Assembly (NCBI GenBank): GCA_963696385.1
Contig: CAVOKF010000007.1
Location: forward strand, 672,001-736,000
Direction of reading: 5' to 3'
Source of the DNA: an uncultured delta proteobacterium
GTDB lineage: Bacteria > Myxococcota_A > Polyangia > Polyangiales > Polyangiaceae
Length of the DNA: 64,000 bases
This document shows, piece by piece, positions 1 through 9,481 of the stretch. A program made the translations under genes and the position numbers. The first letter of the stretch is position 1, and each line of letters opens with the position of its first letter. The notes beneath the pieces were generated by a model. That model searched no databases. It was not told the origin of the DNA and saw only the letters and a list, made by a program, of their open reading frames with translations.

Positions 1-633
1 TATCCCGCCGTGGACAAAGATCGTGTCGCCGACCTTCACGACGAAAGGCCGGCCCGACTCGAGGATCGCGTAGGAGCCACCCGGTGCGAACGCCGCCGCA
101 CGGCCCGTCGACGGCCCGGCCAACCCGGCGATCGACCGAGATGCGTCGGCCGGCGCGAAGAGCGAGAAACTCGCGAAACCGGCGGCCGTCACGTAACGGA
201 AGTCGAGCGCCGCGTTCATGATCTCGTGGTTGCCGACAAGAGCGATGATCTCTCCCCCGGCGGCCGCCGCCTGCTGGCTCAGCGCCGCGACGAGATCGAG
301 AATGGCTCGGTCGTCGTCGCCGCGATCGATCTCGTCGCCGGTCTGCACCACCATCAGCCGGCCACCGACCCACCGATCCCGATCGTCGATCGCGCCCGCT
401 AACCGGAGCGCGCGTCGTGCATGATCGAGATCGCCGTGGAGGTCCCCGATCGCCACGAGCCGCTCCGGCGATGCCCGCGTGAGGCGGGGCGACAGGGCTA
501 CCGGCAGAGGCTTGGCGGGCTGCAGCGCCGCCGGCGGCCGGACTTCGATCTCCTGAGCGTCCGAGCGACCGCAGCCGGCTAGAACCTGCAAAGCGACCGA
601 ACCGACGAGCGCGGAGACGATGGCGCGCAGCAT
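1..633 (-). CDS. Shewanella-like (Shelph) metallophosphoesterase lipoprotein, 3' end runs off window
   Basis: Not in ORF track. Manual translation from ATG 633: MLRAIVSALVGSVALQVLAGC (lipobox) then GDLHGD, GDEIDRG, GNHE and VHGG motifs of PPP-type phosphatases. Confidence 0.88.
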   Translation of the reverse strand, partial: MLRAIVSALVGSVALQVLAGCGRSDAQEIEVRPPAALQPAKPLPVALSPRLTRASPERLVAIGDLHGDLDHARRALRLAGAIDDRDRWVGGRLMVVQTGDEIDRGDDDRAILDLVAALSQQAAAAGGEIIALVGNHEIMNAALDFRYVTAAGFASFSLFAPADASRSIAGLAGPSTGRAAAFAPGGSYAILESGRPFVVKVGDTIFVHGGI

Positions 634-789
634 GCTGCATCCTAGGACGGCTCGCGCGGCCGTGGATCGGCCATCGCGAGATCCGCTCTCGCGAGACCCT
701 CGCGAGAGTGGTGGGCGGCATCGCCCGAGGCGTGCACGCCCCGCCGCATGGCCCTTGACCGGTATGGCCTCGTGGGCTAGAGGAGGCTC

Positions 790-995
790 GTGGTGGTTCG
801 GTGGCGCGTTGCCCCCGGACTCGCCATCACGTGCCGGGTCGTAGGGAAGCTGGTGAGAGTCCAGCGCGGCCCCCGCCACGGTAACCAGGGACGATCTCGG
901 ACGCAGCCACTGGAAGTCTCCGTGCGGAGCTTTCGGGAAGGGTCCGAGGGAGGCGGCGCGAGAGCGCCACACCTGGAAGTCCGGAGACCGGGTCC
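790..995 (+). promoter_or_regulatory. Cobalamin riboswitch
   Basis: AGGGAA 843-848; GCTGG-TGAGAGT-CCAGC hairpin 849-865; GCCCCCGCCACGGTAA 869-884; GCCACTG 906-912; GGGAAGG 935-941; B12-box AGTCCGGAGACC 978-989. CCAGG/CCTGG and CTCGGAC/GTCCGAG stems pair. Lies upstream of a BtuB-like operon. Confidence 0.93.
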
Positions 996-1055
996 GATGC
1001 GTGTTTCTCCTTTTGCAACAGTCCGCGCCGGGGTTGGCGCGGCCCACGGGGACCC

Positions 1056-2528
1056 ATGGGTAGGCAGCGGATGGTCTTCTTTGCCACGCTCGTGTCGAGC
1101 ATGGCCGGAGGGGTAGCGTGTTCCAGCAGCGGCGGTTCGGAGACGCCCGACGCTGGAAAAACCGATGCGGCGGTGCTCGCCGATGCGCAGGGCTTCGAGA
1201 CCGGCCCGATCGATGGATCTCCGGTGAACGACACCGGGGCTCCGGCGCTCGACGGCGGGGGCGCCGACGTGGCGAGCGAGGGCGCGGCCGATGCGGCGAC
1301 CGACGGGACGGCCGATGCGGCGACCGACGGGACGGCCGATGCGGCCGCCGACGGCGCGACCGATGCGGCGGGCGATGTCGATGCGACGCCTGCGCCGCGC
1401 CTGCTTCTCTCCTACAACGGTGAGACGACGAGCGAGCTCGTGGCGTTCGGGCTCGACTCCAAGGCCGTCGACGGACGCTTCATCTACCCGGGATACATCG
1501 GCACGACCTTCGTCACGCCGACGAGCCCGTGGCTGCTCGAGCAGGGCAACGACGTGGTGGGGCGGTTGGATCCGCTGCAGCCGTGGGTCGTCCAATCGTC
1601 GTGGAGCGTCGCGTTGAACGACCGGACCGACGCGGGTTTCGCAGAGCCGTACTCCGATCCCGATGGAGTGGTCGTCGGAGCCGGGACCAAGGCCTACGTG
1701 CTGAGGTACACACGCAACCTGATCGCCGTCGTCGACACGACGCAGAACGTGGATGGCGGCGCGCCCGTAAGCACGATTGACCTGAGTAGCCAACTGCAGG
1801 CGGGCGGCGACGGCTACGTCGAGATGACGGCCGGCTGGTACGATGCGGCCCATAGCCGTCTGTACGTGCTGCTCGGCAACATCAACCGGGCCGACGTGAG
1901 CTGCAACGGATACTGCCAGCTCTGCTCGGACACGAGCCCGACGATCGTCGCCATCGACACGACCACCGACACGATCGTGCCGCTCGGCGGGGACGCGGGC
2001 GGCGTCGCGACCTCGGGCTACGCGCTCGAGGGCTACGACCCGGCGTTCGGGCCCTCCCCGATGGTCTACGATCCGCCGAACAACCGCTTGCTCGTGCTCG
2101 AGACCGGCTGCACCAGCGTCGCCGAAGACGGCGGACCCGGCCCGGTGGTGCGCCGCGAGGTCGAGGCGGTCTCGCTCGCCGACGGATCGACCGCCACGCT
2201 GCTCGACCTCAATTCGGCCGCCTTCCCGCAGGCGATCTTCTACGTCGACTCGAGCCACATCATCCTGCAGCTCGACACGGCCTACGCGTGGGACCCGACC
2301 ACGACGACGCTCGGGCCGCCCATCCCGAACGCGCCGGACACATTCGACGTCGATGGGAATGGCAACCTCGTGGGCGTAACGCAGAACTACGGCCCGGACG
2401 GCGGGCCGACGGGGACCAGCGTGATCACAGTGAGCTCGGGCGACGGCGGCGTCACGACACTCGGCCAAAACCCCTTCTCGCTGACCAACGGCTTCGTCTC
2501 GGGTGCACAGTTATGGCCGGCACCCTGA
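1056..2528 (+). CDS. Lipoprotein with Asp/Ala-rich linker and probable beta-propeller (YncE/BtuG-like) domain
   Basis: Lipobox GVAC, DAATDGTA repeats, propeller-like blades (SDPDGVVV..TKAYVLRY..IAVVD); first gene after the riboswitch. Confidence 0.75.
   Translation: MGRQRMVFFATLVSSMAGGVACSSSGGSETPDAGKTDAAVLADAQGFETGPIDGSPVNDTGAPALDGGGADVASEGAADAATDGTADAATDGTADAAADGATDAAGDVDATPAPRLLLSYNGETTSELVAFGLDSKAVDGRFIYPGYIGTTFVTPTSPWLLEQGNDVVGRLDPLQPWVVQSSWSVALNDRTDAGFAEPYSDPDGVVVGAGTKAYVLRYTRNLIAVVDTTQNVDGGAPVSTIDLSSQLQAGGDGYVEMTAGWYDAAHSRLYVLLGNINRADVSCNGYCQLCSDTSPTIVAIDTTTDTIVPLGGDAGGVATSGYALEGYDPAFGPSPMVYDPPNNRLLVLETGCTSVAEDGGPGPVVRREVEAVSLADGSTATLLDLNSAAFPQAIFYVDSSHIILQLDTAYAWDPTTTTLGPPIPNAPDTFDVDGNGNLVGVTQNYGPDGGPTGTSVITVSSGDGGVTTLGQNPFSLTNGFVSGAQLWPAP
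1287..1370 (+). repeat. 24-nt in-frame tandem repeat (ADAATDGT, ~3.5 copies)
   Basis: GCCGATGCGGCGACCGACGGGACG at 1287 and 1311, degenerate copies at 1335 and 1359. Confidence 0.9.
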
Positions 2529-3394
2529 GGGCAGGCGGGTGGGCGCCCCGCGCGGCGCTGCTTTTCTCGTTGCTCGTCGGTACGGGTGGGGGATGCGGGG
2601 CCACTTCGCCCGCGGCGAGCGGATTGGGCAGCCCCGTTGCCGGCGGGAGCCAGGGCGATGGCGCGAGCGGCGCGGGGGCCGCCAGCGGCGAAGACGCGGC
2701 CGGGGCCCGGGCCGGAGAAGACGCCGGCACTGCAGGGCCCGAGGCGGTGTATGCGGTCGGCGACGGGGGTCTCGTCCTTCGCGCCGATCGGTTCGTGACG
2801 ACGGTCGTCTCGTTCAACCCGACCGATTGCACGGGCTTTGGCCAGGCCTCGATGCCCGCCATCGTCGAGGGGCCTCCGGTCGGTGGCGGCACCGACCACG
2901 GGAGTACGGACGTCGTTTCGCTCGGCAGCGGCGGAAGTATCGTCGTCTCGTTCGCGCCCAACGCAATCGTCGACGGTCCAGGAGCCGACTTCATCGTCTT
3001 CGAGAACCCGTTCTGGATCGGCGGCGACCCGAACGATCCCTACGCGGAGCCTGGGGAGGTGAGCGTGAGCGACGATGGCGTCAGTTGGAGCGCATTTGCT
3101 TGCACTCCGACCCTGGATCCCCAGGCGGGCGATGGCACCGGCGTCGCAGGCCCCTACGGGTCGTGCGGAGGCTGGCAGGTCGTCTACTCGAACGCCGAGA
3201 ACGGAATCTCGCCGGTGGACCCGAGCGTCGCCGGCGGCCTCGCGCTCGATCTCGCCACCGTGGGGCTCACTCACGCGCGGTACGTGAAGATCGTCGACCT
3301 GACCCACGAGGACTGTCCCGAGGCGGGGCCGCGGCCGAACACCAACGGCTTCGACCTCGACGCGGTCGCGATCATCCATGCCGAGCTGCCGTGA
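2513..3394 (+). CDS. Cell-surface lipoprotein, BtuH-like domain
   Basis: ATG 2513 overlaps the upstream stop; lipobox GGGC; VSLGSGGSIVVSF..DFIVFENPF..EPGEVSVSDDG..GFDLDAV resembles Bacteroides BtuH-type B12-binding domains (from memory). Confidence 0.7.
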   Translation: MAGTLRAGGWAPRAALLFSLLVGTGGGCGATSPAASGLGSPVAGGSQGDGASGAGAASGEDAAGARAGEDAGTAGPEAVYAVGDGGLVLRADRFVTTVVSFNPTDCTGFGQASMPAIVEGPPVGGGTDHGSTDVVSLGSGGSIVVSFAPNAIVDGPGADFIVFENPFWIGGDPNDPYAEPGEVSVSDDGVSWSAFACTPTLDPQAGDGTGVAGPYGSCGGWQVVYSNAENGISPVDPSVAGGLALDLATVGLTHARYVKIVDLTHEDCPEAGPRPNTNGFDLDAVAIIHAELP

Positions 3395-5402
3395 GCCGGC
3401 ATGCGCTGCGGTCGCCGCTGTGCTGATCGCGTCGACCGCCACGGCGCTGTGTCGGAGCGCCCGCGCGCAAGCCGATGAGGTGACGGTGCGCGGCGACTCC
3501 ACAGCCGATTTCACTTCGCGCGCTGACGAACGCAACACGGTCCGCGAAGTCACGGACGCCGCAAGTCTGGTCGAGCCCCTGCCCGGCGTGCACATCCGCC
3601 GCTACGGCGCAGACGATTCCTTCACGACGCTGAGCATCCGCGGTTCGTCGTCGACCGAAGTCGGAATCGTCTTCGCCGGCGTCCCGCTGACGGGAGGAGG
3701 CGACCCGTCGCTCGACCTGTCGACTCTACCCCTCTGGCCGGGGGCCATCGTGCGCGTGCACCGCACCTTCACCCCGGCAGCGATCGGCCCGGGATCGCTC
3801 GGCGGGACGTTGGTGCTGGATCCGCCCAGCCCGTCGTCGCCGCCGTCGACCGAGGTGTGGGGCGCCGTCGGGAGCTACGGGGAGGCGCGGATGCGCGCGG
3901 CCGACGTGCGCGATGCCGGCGGGGGCGCCCGCGTGGTCACGGCACTCGCCGCGTCGCGCGCCGACGACCGCTTCAGCTACCTCGACCCGACGATCTCGAC
4001 GCCGGGCCACGACGTCTATTCGATTCGCCAAAACGCCGGCCATGCCGCGGTCAACGGTCTCGTGTCGTGGGCCGTGCCGGTGCGGTGGACGGGGGGCAGC
4101 ACCGGCGCACTCACGATTACGACCCTCGCGCAGGCGCGTCGCCAGGAGCTGCCCGGCACCGTGTTCGTCCCGACTCCCTTTGCCGATCTCGACTCGGATC
4201 GTGAACTCGCGTCGGCGCAGCTGAGCGGGGCCGCCTTTCGTGGCGCCTGGAGCGTACGCGCGTGGGGAAGGCGCGACGGCCTTCGGCTCTCCGATCCCGA
4301 CGTGCCCGCCGCGCTGGGGCCGGCCCGGTCCGACGAGACCCTCACCGCCACGGGAGGATCCCTCGGGTGGAGAGGGCGCCCCTTGTCCTCCACCCTCGTC
4401 GAGCTGCGCGTCGACGGAAGCGGAGAGCACTACGAGCCCGGCGTGACGGCGGGGGCCCCTACGCCGCCCGGGGCGACGCGCCTGTCGGCGGGCGCCGCAC
4501 TCGATGCCGAGTGGCGCGCGGCCGAAGCCGTCGCCTTGGCGGCATCGGGCCGCCTCGACGACTGGTCGAACCTCGAGTCGAGCACGAGCCCTCATTCAGC
4601 GGGCGGCCCAGCGCTGCGTCCGACCGGGCACCTCGGCGCAGAGATCGCTATCGACGCCGTGACGGCCGCCGCGCACGGTGGGGCGACGGCGCGACCGCCG
4701 AGCTTCATCGAGCTCTACGGGGACCGCGGCGCGTTCGTCGGAAACGCGAACCTGGTGCCCGAGTCGGCGTGGACGGTGGACGCGGGCGTGCGGACGTCGC
4801 GTCGGCTGGGGCCGGTTCGCCTCGCGGCGGAGATGGCTGCGTTCGGTACATGGGCGCACGATCTCATCACGTTCATTCCCGTGGGCGCGTACGGGCGTTC
4901 GGAGGCGACGAACATCGGGCTCGCGCGCCTGGTCGGCGTGGAGGTCGACCTGCGGGCGGCGGCGGGACCGATCGAGCTGCGCGCGTCGTACACCGGGCTC
5001 TCGACCGAAAACGACTCGGCATGCGAAGCGGCCCCAGGTCCCTGCGCGCACCCGCCGCTGCCGGGCAAACCCGCGAACGATCTCGTCGGTGACCTGATCG
5101 GAACGCTCGGCCCGGCCAGCGCGCGCGTCGGCGTCGACGCCTTGAGCGGAATGGTGGCGGACGTCGCGGGCAGCATCGGCGTACCGCCCCGCGTCCTCGG
5201 GTCCGCGGGCGTTCGGGTCGACGTCACGCCCGGCGTGCGTCTCGCGCTCGACGTGCGCAACGTGTTCGACGTCCGCACCGGGACGTACGCGGGGGCGATT
5301 GGCCCGGTGCACGAGCCCATCGGCGACTACTACGAGTACCCGCTGCCCGGGCGGACGTTCCTCGTGAGCGTGAGGTCCACGCAGCCCGCCGAGGGGCGAT
5401 GA
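3378..5402 (+). CDS. btuB: TonB-dependent receptor, probable corrinoid transporter
   Basis: Plug motif LPGVHIRRYG..LSIRGSSS; barrel motifs RPPSFIELYG..GNANLVPE, DVRNVFD, YPLPGRTF; inside a riboswitch-controlled operon. Confidence 0.85.
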   Translation: MPSCREPACAAVAAVLIASTATALCRSARAQADEVTVRGDSTADFTSRADERNTVREVTDAASLVEPLPGVHIRRYGADDSFTTLSIRGSSSTEVGIVFAGVPLTGGGDPSLDLSTLPLWPGAIVRVHRTFTPAAIGPGSLGGTLVLDPPSPSSPPSTEVWGAVGSYGEARMRAADVRDAGGGARVVTALAASRADDRFSYLDPTISTPGHDVYSIRQNAGHAAVNGLVSWAVPVRWTGGSTGALTITTLAQARRQELPGTVFVPTPFADLDSDRELASAQLSGAAFRGAWSVRAWGRRDGLRLSDPDVPAALGPARSDETLTATGGSLGWRGRPLSSTLVELRVDGSGEHYEPGVTAGAPTPPGATRLSAGAALDAEWRAAEAVALAASGRLDDWSNLESSTSPHSAGGPALRPTGHLGAEIAIDAVTAAAHGGATARPPSFIELYGDRGAFVGNANLVPESAWTVDAGVRTSRRLGPVRLAAEMAAFGTWAHDLITFIPVGAYGRSEATNIGLARLVGVEVDLRAAAGPIELRASYTGLSTENDSACEAAPGPCAHPPLPGKPANDLVGDLIGTLGPASARVGVDALSGMVADVAGSIGVPPRVLGSAGVRVDVTPGVRLALDVRNVFDVRTGTYAGAIGPVHEPIGDYYEYPLPGRTFLVSVRSTQPAEGR

Positions 5403-6577
5403 CCGTTGCCTCTGTCTCGCCCGCACGGCTTGCCCTGACAATCGCCGGGGTGGCTTTGACGGCCGCGTGCGGCGGAGGATCCACGCCCTCGACGAGCCCC
5501 TCCGCGTGCCCCGGATCCGATGCGCTGTGGGTCGCGAGCGATTACACCTCGAGCTCGGTCGGAGCGCTATCGACGTCGGGCGTTGTATGGGCCACGACCG
5601 GTCGCGTCAACCTGGGAACGGATCCGGCGCTCTCCGTGTCGCGGGGCCGCGCCTTTTATGTGGCCCGCGACGAGGACACAATCTTCGAGATCGGCACGTC
5701 GTGCGGCAACCCCACCCAGCAGTGGAACGTGCACCAGGCGAGCTCCCCCGGTTCGTCCGATCCCCAAGACGTGGCCGTGGCGAGCGACGGCTCGCTCTGG
5801 ATCCCCCTCTACCTCGTGCCCACCCTTTTGGTGATCTCTCCGAGCGGTGCCGTCCTGCACACCCTCGACCTGTCGAGCTACGACAGCGACGGCAACCCCG
5901 ATGCCTCCGCGATCGCCATCGTGGACACGCCGGCCGGCGAGAAGGCGTTCGTGCCGCTGCAGCGGCTGACCTGGAACGGCCAAAGCTACCAGGCCGAGCA
6001 ACCGTCCTCGATGCTGCGCGTCGACGTCGCCACCGCGACCGTCGAGGCCGAGATCGCGCTCGCAGGTCGCAACCCGTTCGAGATGGTTCAGGACGGCAGC
6101 ATCCTCTGGTTGTCCGAGCCCGGGGAGTCCGCGGACGGGGGCTTCGCCAGTACGACCGATGCGTTCGGAGGCATCGAGCGCTTCGATACGTCGACCTCGA
6201 CGACGGCTCTCATCGCGCACGAAGCCGACCTCGGCGGCAGCGTCGTCGAGGTGGCCGTCAGCGGATCCTGCGGCGCGGCCATCGTCGCCGACGCGACGCT
6301 CGTCAACGCGACGTCGCTCGTCACGTTCGACCCCGTGTCGGGCGCGCCAATCGCCGCCGCCTCGCAGAGCCCCTTGGCGACCGTCGGTCCCGACGGGGGC
6401 TTTTACCTGCAAGGCAGCCTGTGGCTCAACGGGGACCTCTACATCGGCGACCGCCGACGGGCCACCGACGGTTACCCCGTGCACGCCTTGAGTTCGACCG
6501 CGGCCTGCGCGTTGGAGATCCAGCCCGACGCGATCTTCCTGCCGCAGCCGCCGGTGGCGGTGCGGGCGCCGGATTAG
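5399..6577 (+). CDS. Beta-propeller lipoprotein (BtuG/YncE-like)
   Basis: Lipobox LTAAC; SDYTSS, DPQDVAV, LDLSSYDSDGNPD, AFVPLQRL, NPF blade-like motifs; ATGA overlap with the receptor gene. Confidence 0.75.
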   Translation: MTVASVSPARLALTIAGVALTAACGGGSTPSTSPSACPGSDALWVASDYTSSSVGALSTSGVVWATTGRVNLGTDPALSVSRGRAFYVARDEDTIFEIGTSCGNPTQQWNVHQASSPGSSDPQDVAVASDGSLWIPLYLVPTLLVISPSGAVLHTLDLSSYDSDGNPDASAIAIVDTPAGEKAFVPLQRLTWNGQSYQAEQPSSMLRVDVATATVEAEIALAGRNPFEMVQDGSILWLSEPGESADGGFASTTDAFGGIERFDTSTSTTALIAHEADLGGSVVEVAVSGSCGAAIVADATLVNATSLVTFDPVSGAPIAAASQSPLATVGPDGGFYLQGSLWLNGDLYIGDRRRATDGYPVHALSSTAACALEIQPDAIFLPQPPVAVRAPD

Positions 6578-6662
6578 GATGAGGCGGTCTTCGCCGTCGC
6601 GACGCTGGACCGGGACCCCCGGACGCCCAAGCGCGGCCGCGCGCTGCTAGGCTTTCGCACCG

Positions 6663-7484
6663 ATGATCGCGACGACGCGCTTGCCGCTCCTATCGGGTGC
6701 ATCCATTCCGCAAGTCGGCCTCGGTGTCTGGCAGGCCTCCGCGGGCCGCGAGACGCAGAACGCCGTCCTATCCGCCCTGCGCTTCGGATACCGCCACATC
6801 GACACGGCGCGCATTTACGGCAACGAGGCGGACGTCGGAGCCGCCGTCCGCGACAGCGGCGTGCCGCGCGAAGAGGTCTTCGTGACGACGAAGCTGTGGA
6901 ACCAGGACCAGGGCTACGACCGCGCGCTTCGCGCATTCGACGCGAGTTTGAAGCGCCTGGGGCTCGCGTACGTCGACCTGTACCTGTTGCACTGGCCGGT
7001 GGCCGGGCTGCGTCTCGAGTCCTGGCGCGCGCTCGAACGGCTATCGGCCGACTCGCGCGCGCGGTCGATCGGGGTCAGCAACTTCCTCGTGCCGCACCTG
7101 GAGGAGCTGCTCGCGCATGCCCACGTCGTGCCCGCCGTCGACCAAATCGAGTGTTCCCCCTTTCTCCAACGCCGCGAGACGGTCGCGCTCTGCGCGCGTC
7201 ACGGCATCGTCGTCGAAGCCTACAGCCCGTTGACACGCGGGATGCGGCTGACGCATCCGGCCGTCCTGCAGGTCGCTCGCGACGTCGGGCGCTCCCCGGC
7301 GCAAGTGCTGCTCCGTTGGGCAATCCAGCACGGTCACGTCGTGCTCCCCAAGTCGACGAAGCCGGAGCGCATCGCCGAGAACGGAAGCGTCTTCGACTTT
7401 TCGCTCGCTTCGGAGGCCATCCGGCGCCTCGACGGGCTCGAGGAGGGCCTGGTGACCGGCTGGGACCCCGCCACACAACTGTGA
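6663..7484 (+). CDS. Aldo/keto reductase (2,5-diketo-D-gluconate reductase family)
   Basis: GYRHIDTARIYGNE, FVTTKLW, DLYLLHWP, SIGVSNF, LPKS motifs. Confidence 0.95.
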   Translation: MIATTRLPLLSGASIPQVGLGVWQASAGRETQNAVLSALRFGYRHIDTARIYGNEADVGAAVRDSGVPREEVFVTTKLWNQDQGYDRALRAFDASLKRLGLAYVDLYLLHWPVAGLRLESWRALERLSADSRARSIGVSNFLVPHLEELLAHAHVVPAVDQIECSPFLQRRETVALCARHGIVVEAYSPLTRGMRLTHPAVLQVARDVGRSPAQVLLRWAIQHGHVVLPKSTKPERIAENGSVFDFSLASEAIRRLDGLEEGLVTGWDPATQL

Positions 7485-7494
7485 CGGCCCGCCA

Positions 7495-8310
7495 TCAGGA
7501 GTCGATTCCGATCGGCGCCGGGTCGATCGGATTGAAGGGAGGTTCGAACGGCCGCTGCACCTCGTCCAGGGCGTGTCGAACGCGCTCCTCGACGACCGCC
7601 GTCAACCGATCGCCCACCCCCAGGTGGCCGGCCAGGGCGGTTTCGATCCCCGGGTGTCGCGACGCGAACGCTTGGACCCGTTCTGCGAGATGGGCGAGAA
7701 GCCGGCCCGCGTACAACAAGTACGGCAGAACGACCACGCGATCGGGGCGCATCCGCGCCGCGATCTCCAGAGAAGCCTCGACGCGGGGCTCTGCCATCGC
7801 CAGGAAGGCGACGTGCAGGTGCATCAGGCCGCGGCCATCGCCAATCCGACGCGCGACCTCGAAAAAATCCGCATTCGCGTCGGGGTCGCTCGCGCCTCGG
7901 CCCACGACGAGCAGGAGTGTCTTGGCGATCCACGCGGGATCCGGCGATATTGCCGAAGCAGCGCGTTGCCACGCGAGGTCGACGAGCCCTGGATGAACGC
8001 CCAGGGCATGGCCCGCCACGAACGTCACATTCGGAAACCGGCCGCGGGCCTGGGCAAGGGCCGAAGGCACGTCCTTTTTGAGGTGACCCGCGGCGAATAG
8101 CAACAGAGGAATCACCACCACACGACGCGCGCCCGTCGAGGCCACCTCGAGCGCCTCGGCAAGCCCCGGCCGTGCCCGCTCGAGGTAGGCCGTCTGAATG
8201 CGCCAACCCGGGCGACGATCGCGAACCGCCTGCGCGAGTCGTTCATGCTCCTCGTTCGCAGCGGGATCGCGGCTGCCATGGCCCAGCAACACGACGCACG
8301 AGTCACACAT
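7495..8310 (-). CDS. cbiX: Sirohydrochlorin cobaltochelatase, two-domain CbiX
   Basis: LLGHGSRD, PLLLFAAGHLKKDVP, second domain VVGRGASDPDAN..VLPYLLYAG. Confidence 0.92.
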   Translation of the reverse strand: MCDSCVVLLGHGSRDPAANEEHERLAQAVRDRRPGWRIQTAYLERARPGLAEALEVASTGARRVVVIPLLLFAAGHLKKDVPSALAQARGRFPNVTFVAGHALGVHPGLVDLAWQRAASAISPDPAWIAKTLLLVVGRGASDPDANADFFEVARRIGDGRGLMHLHVAFLAMAEPRVEASLEIAARMRPDRVVVLPYLLYAGRLLAHLAERVQAFASRHPGIETALAGHLGVGDRLTAVVEERVRHALDEVQRPFEPPFNPIDPAPIGIDS

Positions 8311-8550
8311 GGCCTACGTTGTGGCCCCCAGCCCCGCATGTACCGGCGAAGCGCGGTCGGGTCAAGCGGCCGGCGCGAGAGTGGCGCGCCTCGGTTTGAG
8401 GCGAATCATGGCGTGCGCGTCGGGTCTGGAGCTCGCGTCGATCTCGCGAAACTCGAGGCACGAGGATCCTCATGGCAACAAGCGCATCAGGCCGGCACAC
8501 TGCGCGGGCGGTCCCGCCCGGCGACGGCCGTCGGGCACGCGACCGACCGG

Positions 8551-8958
8551 CTACACCAAGAGCTCGAAGGACCGGCGCCGCTTCCACCTGTACACCCGGA
8601 AGTCCGAATCGAGCGTGAGGATCGCGCCAGTCTCCAGCGTATCGGCCAGGTGCACGAGGCAGGCATCCGCGAGATCCATAGGCACGCTGGCGTAACGCTT
8701 CATCAGCACCCGGATCGCACCCACGGTTGCATCGAGGCGAAAGGGGACCTGAAAGACGCCGCGCTCGACGTTCGCAAGCACGGCGTCGGGCGCACCGCGG
8801 AGGTCGCGCAGCAGGTAACACGCTTCGGCGAGAGCCGCCTCGCAGGTCACGAGAGGAGCGGCGAGTGCCGTCACGACCTCGACGCAAGCCGCGTGGTGTC
8901 GTTCGCTTTGGTCGAGAAGTGCGACGATGACTCCGGCATCGAGCAGGATTGGTTTCAC
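8551..8958 (-). CDS. vapC: PIN-domain toxin
   Basis: ILLDAGVIVAL, TCEAALAEACYLL, MDLADACLV, ILTLDSDF. Confidence 0.92.
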   Translation of the reverse strand: MKPILLDAGVIVALLDQSERHHAACVEVVTALAAPLVTCEAALAEACYLLRDLRGAPDAVLANVERGVFQVPFRLDATVGAIRVLMKRYASVPMDLADACLVHLADTLETGAILTLDSDFRVYRWKRRRSFELLV

Positions 8959-9185
8959 CGTCGCCCGAAGCCGCGCAAGTGCGCGCGGTTCGATCCGAGA
9001 TCGGGCTTTCCGGACGCGAACGCGCCGAGGCCGACGATGGTTCGGGTGCCCTGGAACGGCAGAGCTGCGAGCGCTCGCAGACCCCGGCGGACGAGCTCCG
9101 AATCCGTGAGGCCTGTCGCTTTCCGCAAGCGGTCGAGTTGTCGGTTCGTCTCCGCATCGAGCCGGGCGTGGATGAGGGCTCCCAT
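8955..9185 (-). CDS. Ribbon-helix-helix (CopG-like) antitoxin
   Basis: 76 aa, IHARLD..TDSELVRRGLR RHH pattern, C-terminal SGKPDLGSN; 4-nt overlap with vapC. Confidence 0.85.
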   Translation of the reverse strand: MGALIHARLDAETNRQLDRLRKATGLTDSELVRRGLRALAALPFQGTRTIVGLGAFASGKPDLGSNRAHLRGFGRR

Positions 9186-9210
9186 GTGTTACAAAGTCAC
9201 TTTGTCACAC
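9186..9210. promoter_or_regulatory. Inverted-repeat operator for TA autoregulation
   Basis: GTGTTACAAAG-TCA-CTTTGTCACAC (11-bp arms, 1 mismatch) abutting the antitoxin ATG. Confidence 0.7.
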
Positions 9211-9481
9211 GGGCTCCGAGCTCGCAACCAATGCTTGCCTTCTCCGGTGATCGGCGGCATGCAGCGTCGCCGAAGGGACCGGCCTTGGCGGTCCGGCTTC
9301 TTGGTGTGCGTCGCGCACGACGGGCGTCTTGACGCCAGCGCCGCAGAGAGCGGCCGGACTCCGATGCAGGCGGTAGGGCGACTCGGCACTGGGCGTAGCC
9401 GTCGTGGATCGCTGGGCCGGCGCGATAACCCGATCGATCGGCTACCCTGCGATCTCGCCCGGATAGGAGATCGGACGCCGG

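Noticed and set aside
777..2468. Long antisense and alternate-frame ORFs (e.g. 777..2468, 15672..17945, 35645..37861, 43633..45807, 58989..60599)
   Set aside because: Arg/Pro-rich shadow frames typical of high-GC DNA that overlap well-supported genes
9186..9210. Fourth NikR-like box (contains GTGTTAC)
   Set aside because: Different geometry (11-3-11) and position fit a TA operator
9210..9481. Second cobalamin riboswitch upstream of cobQ or cbiX
   Set aside because: No AGGGAA, GCCACTG or B12-box elements found here or at 8311-8550
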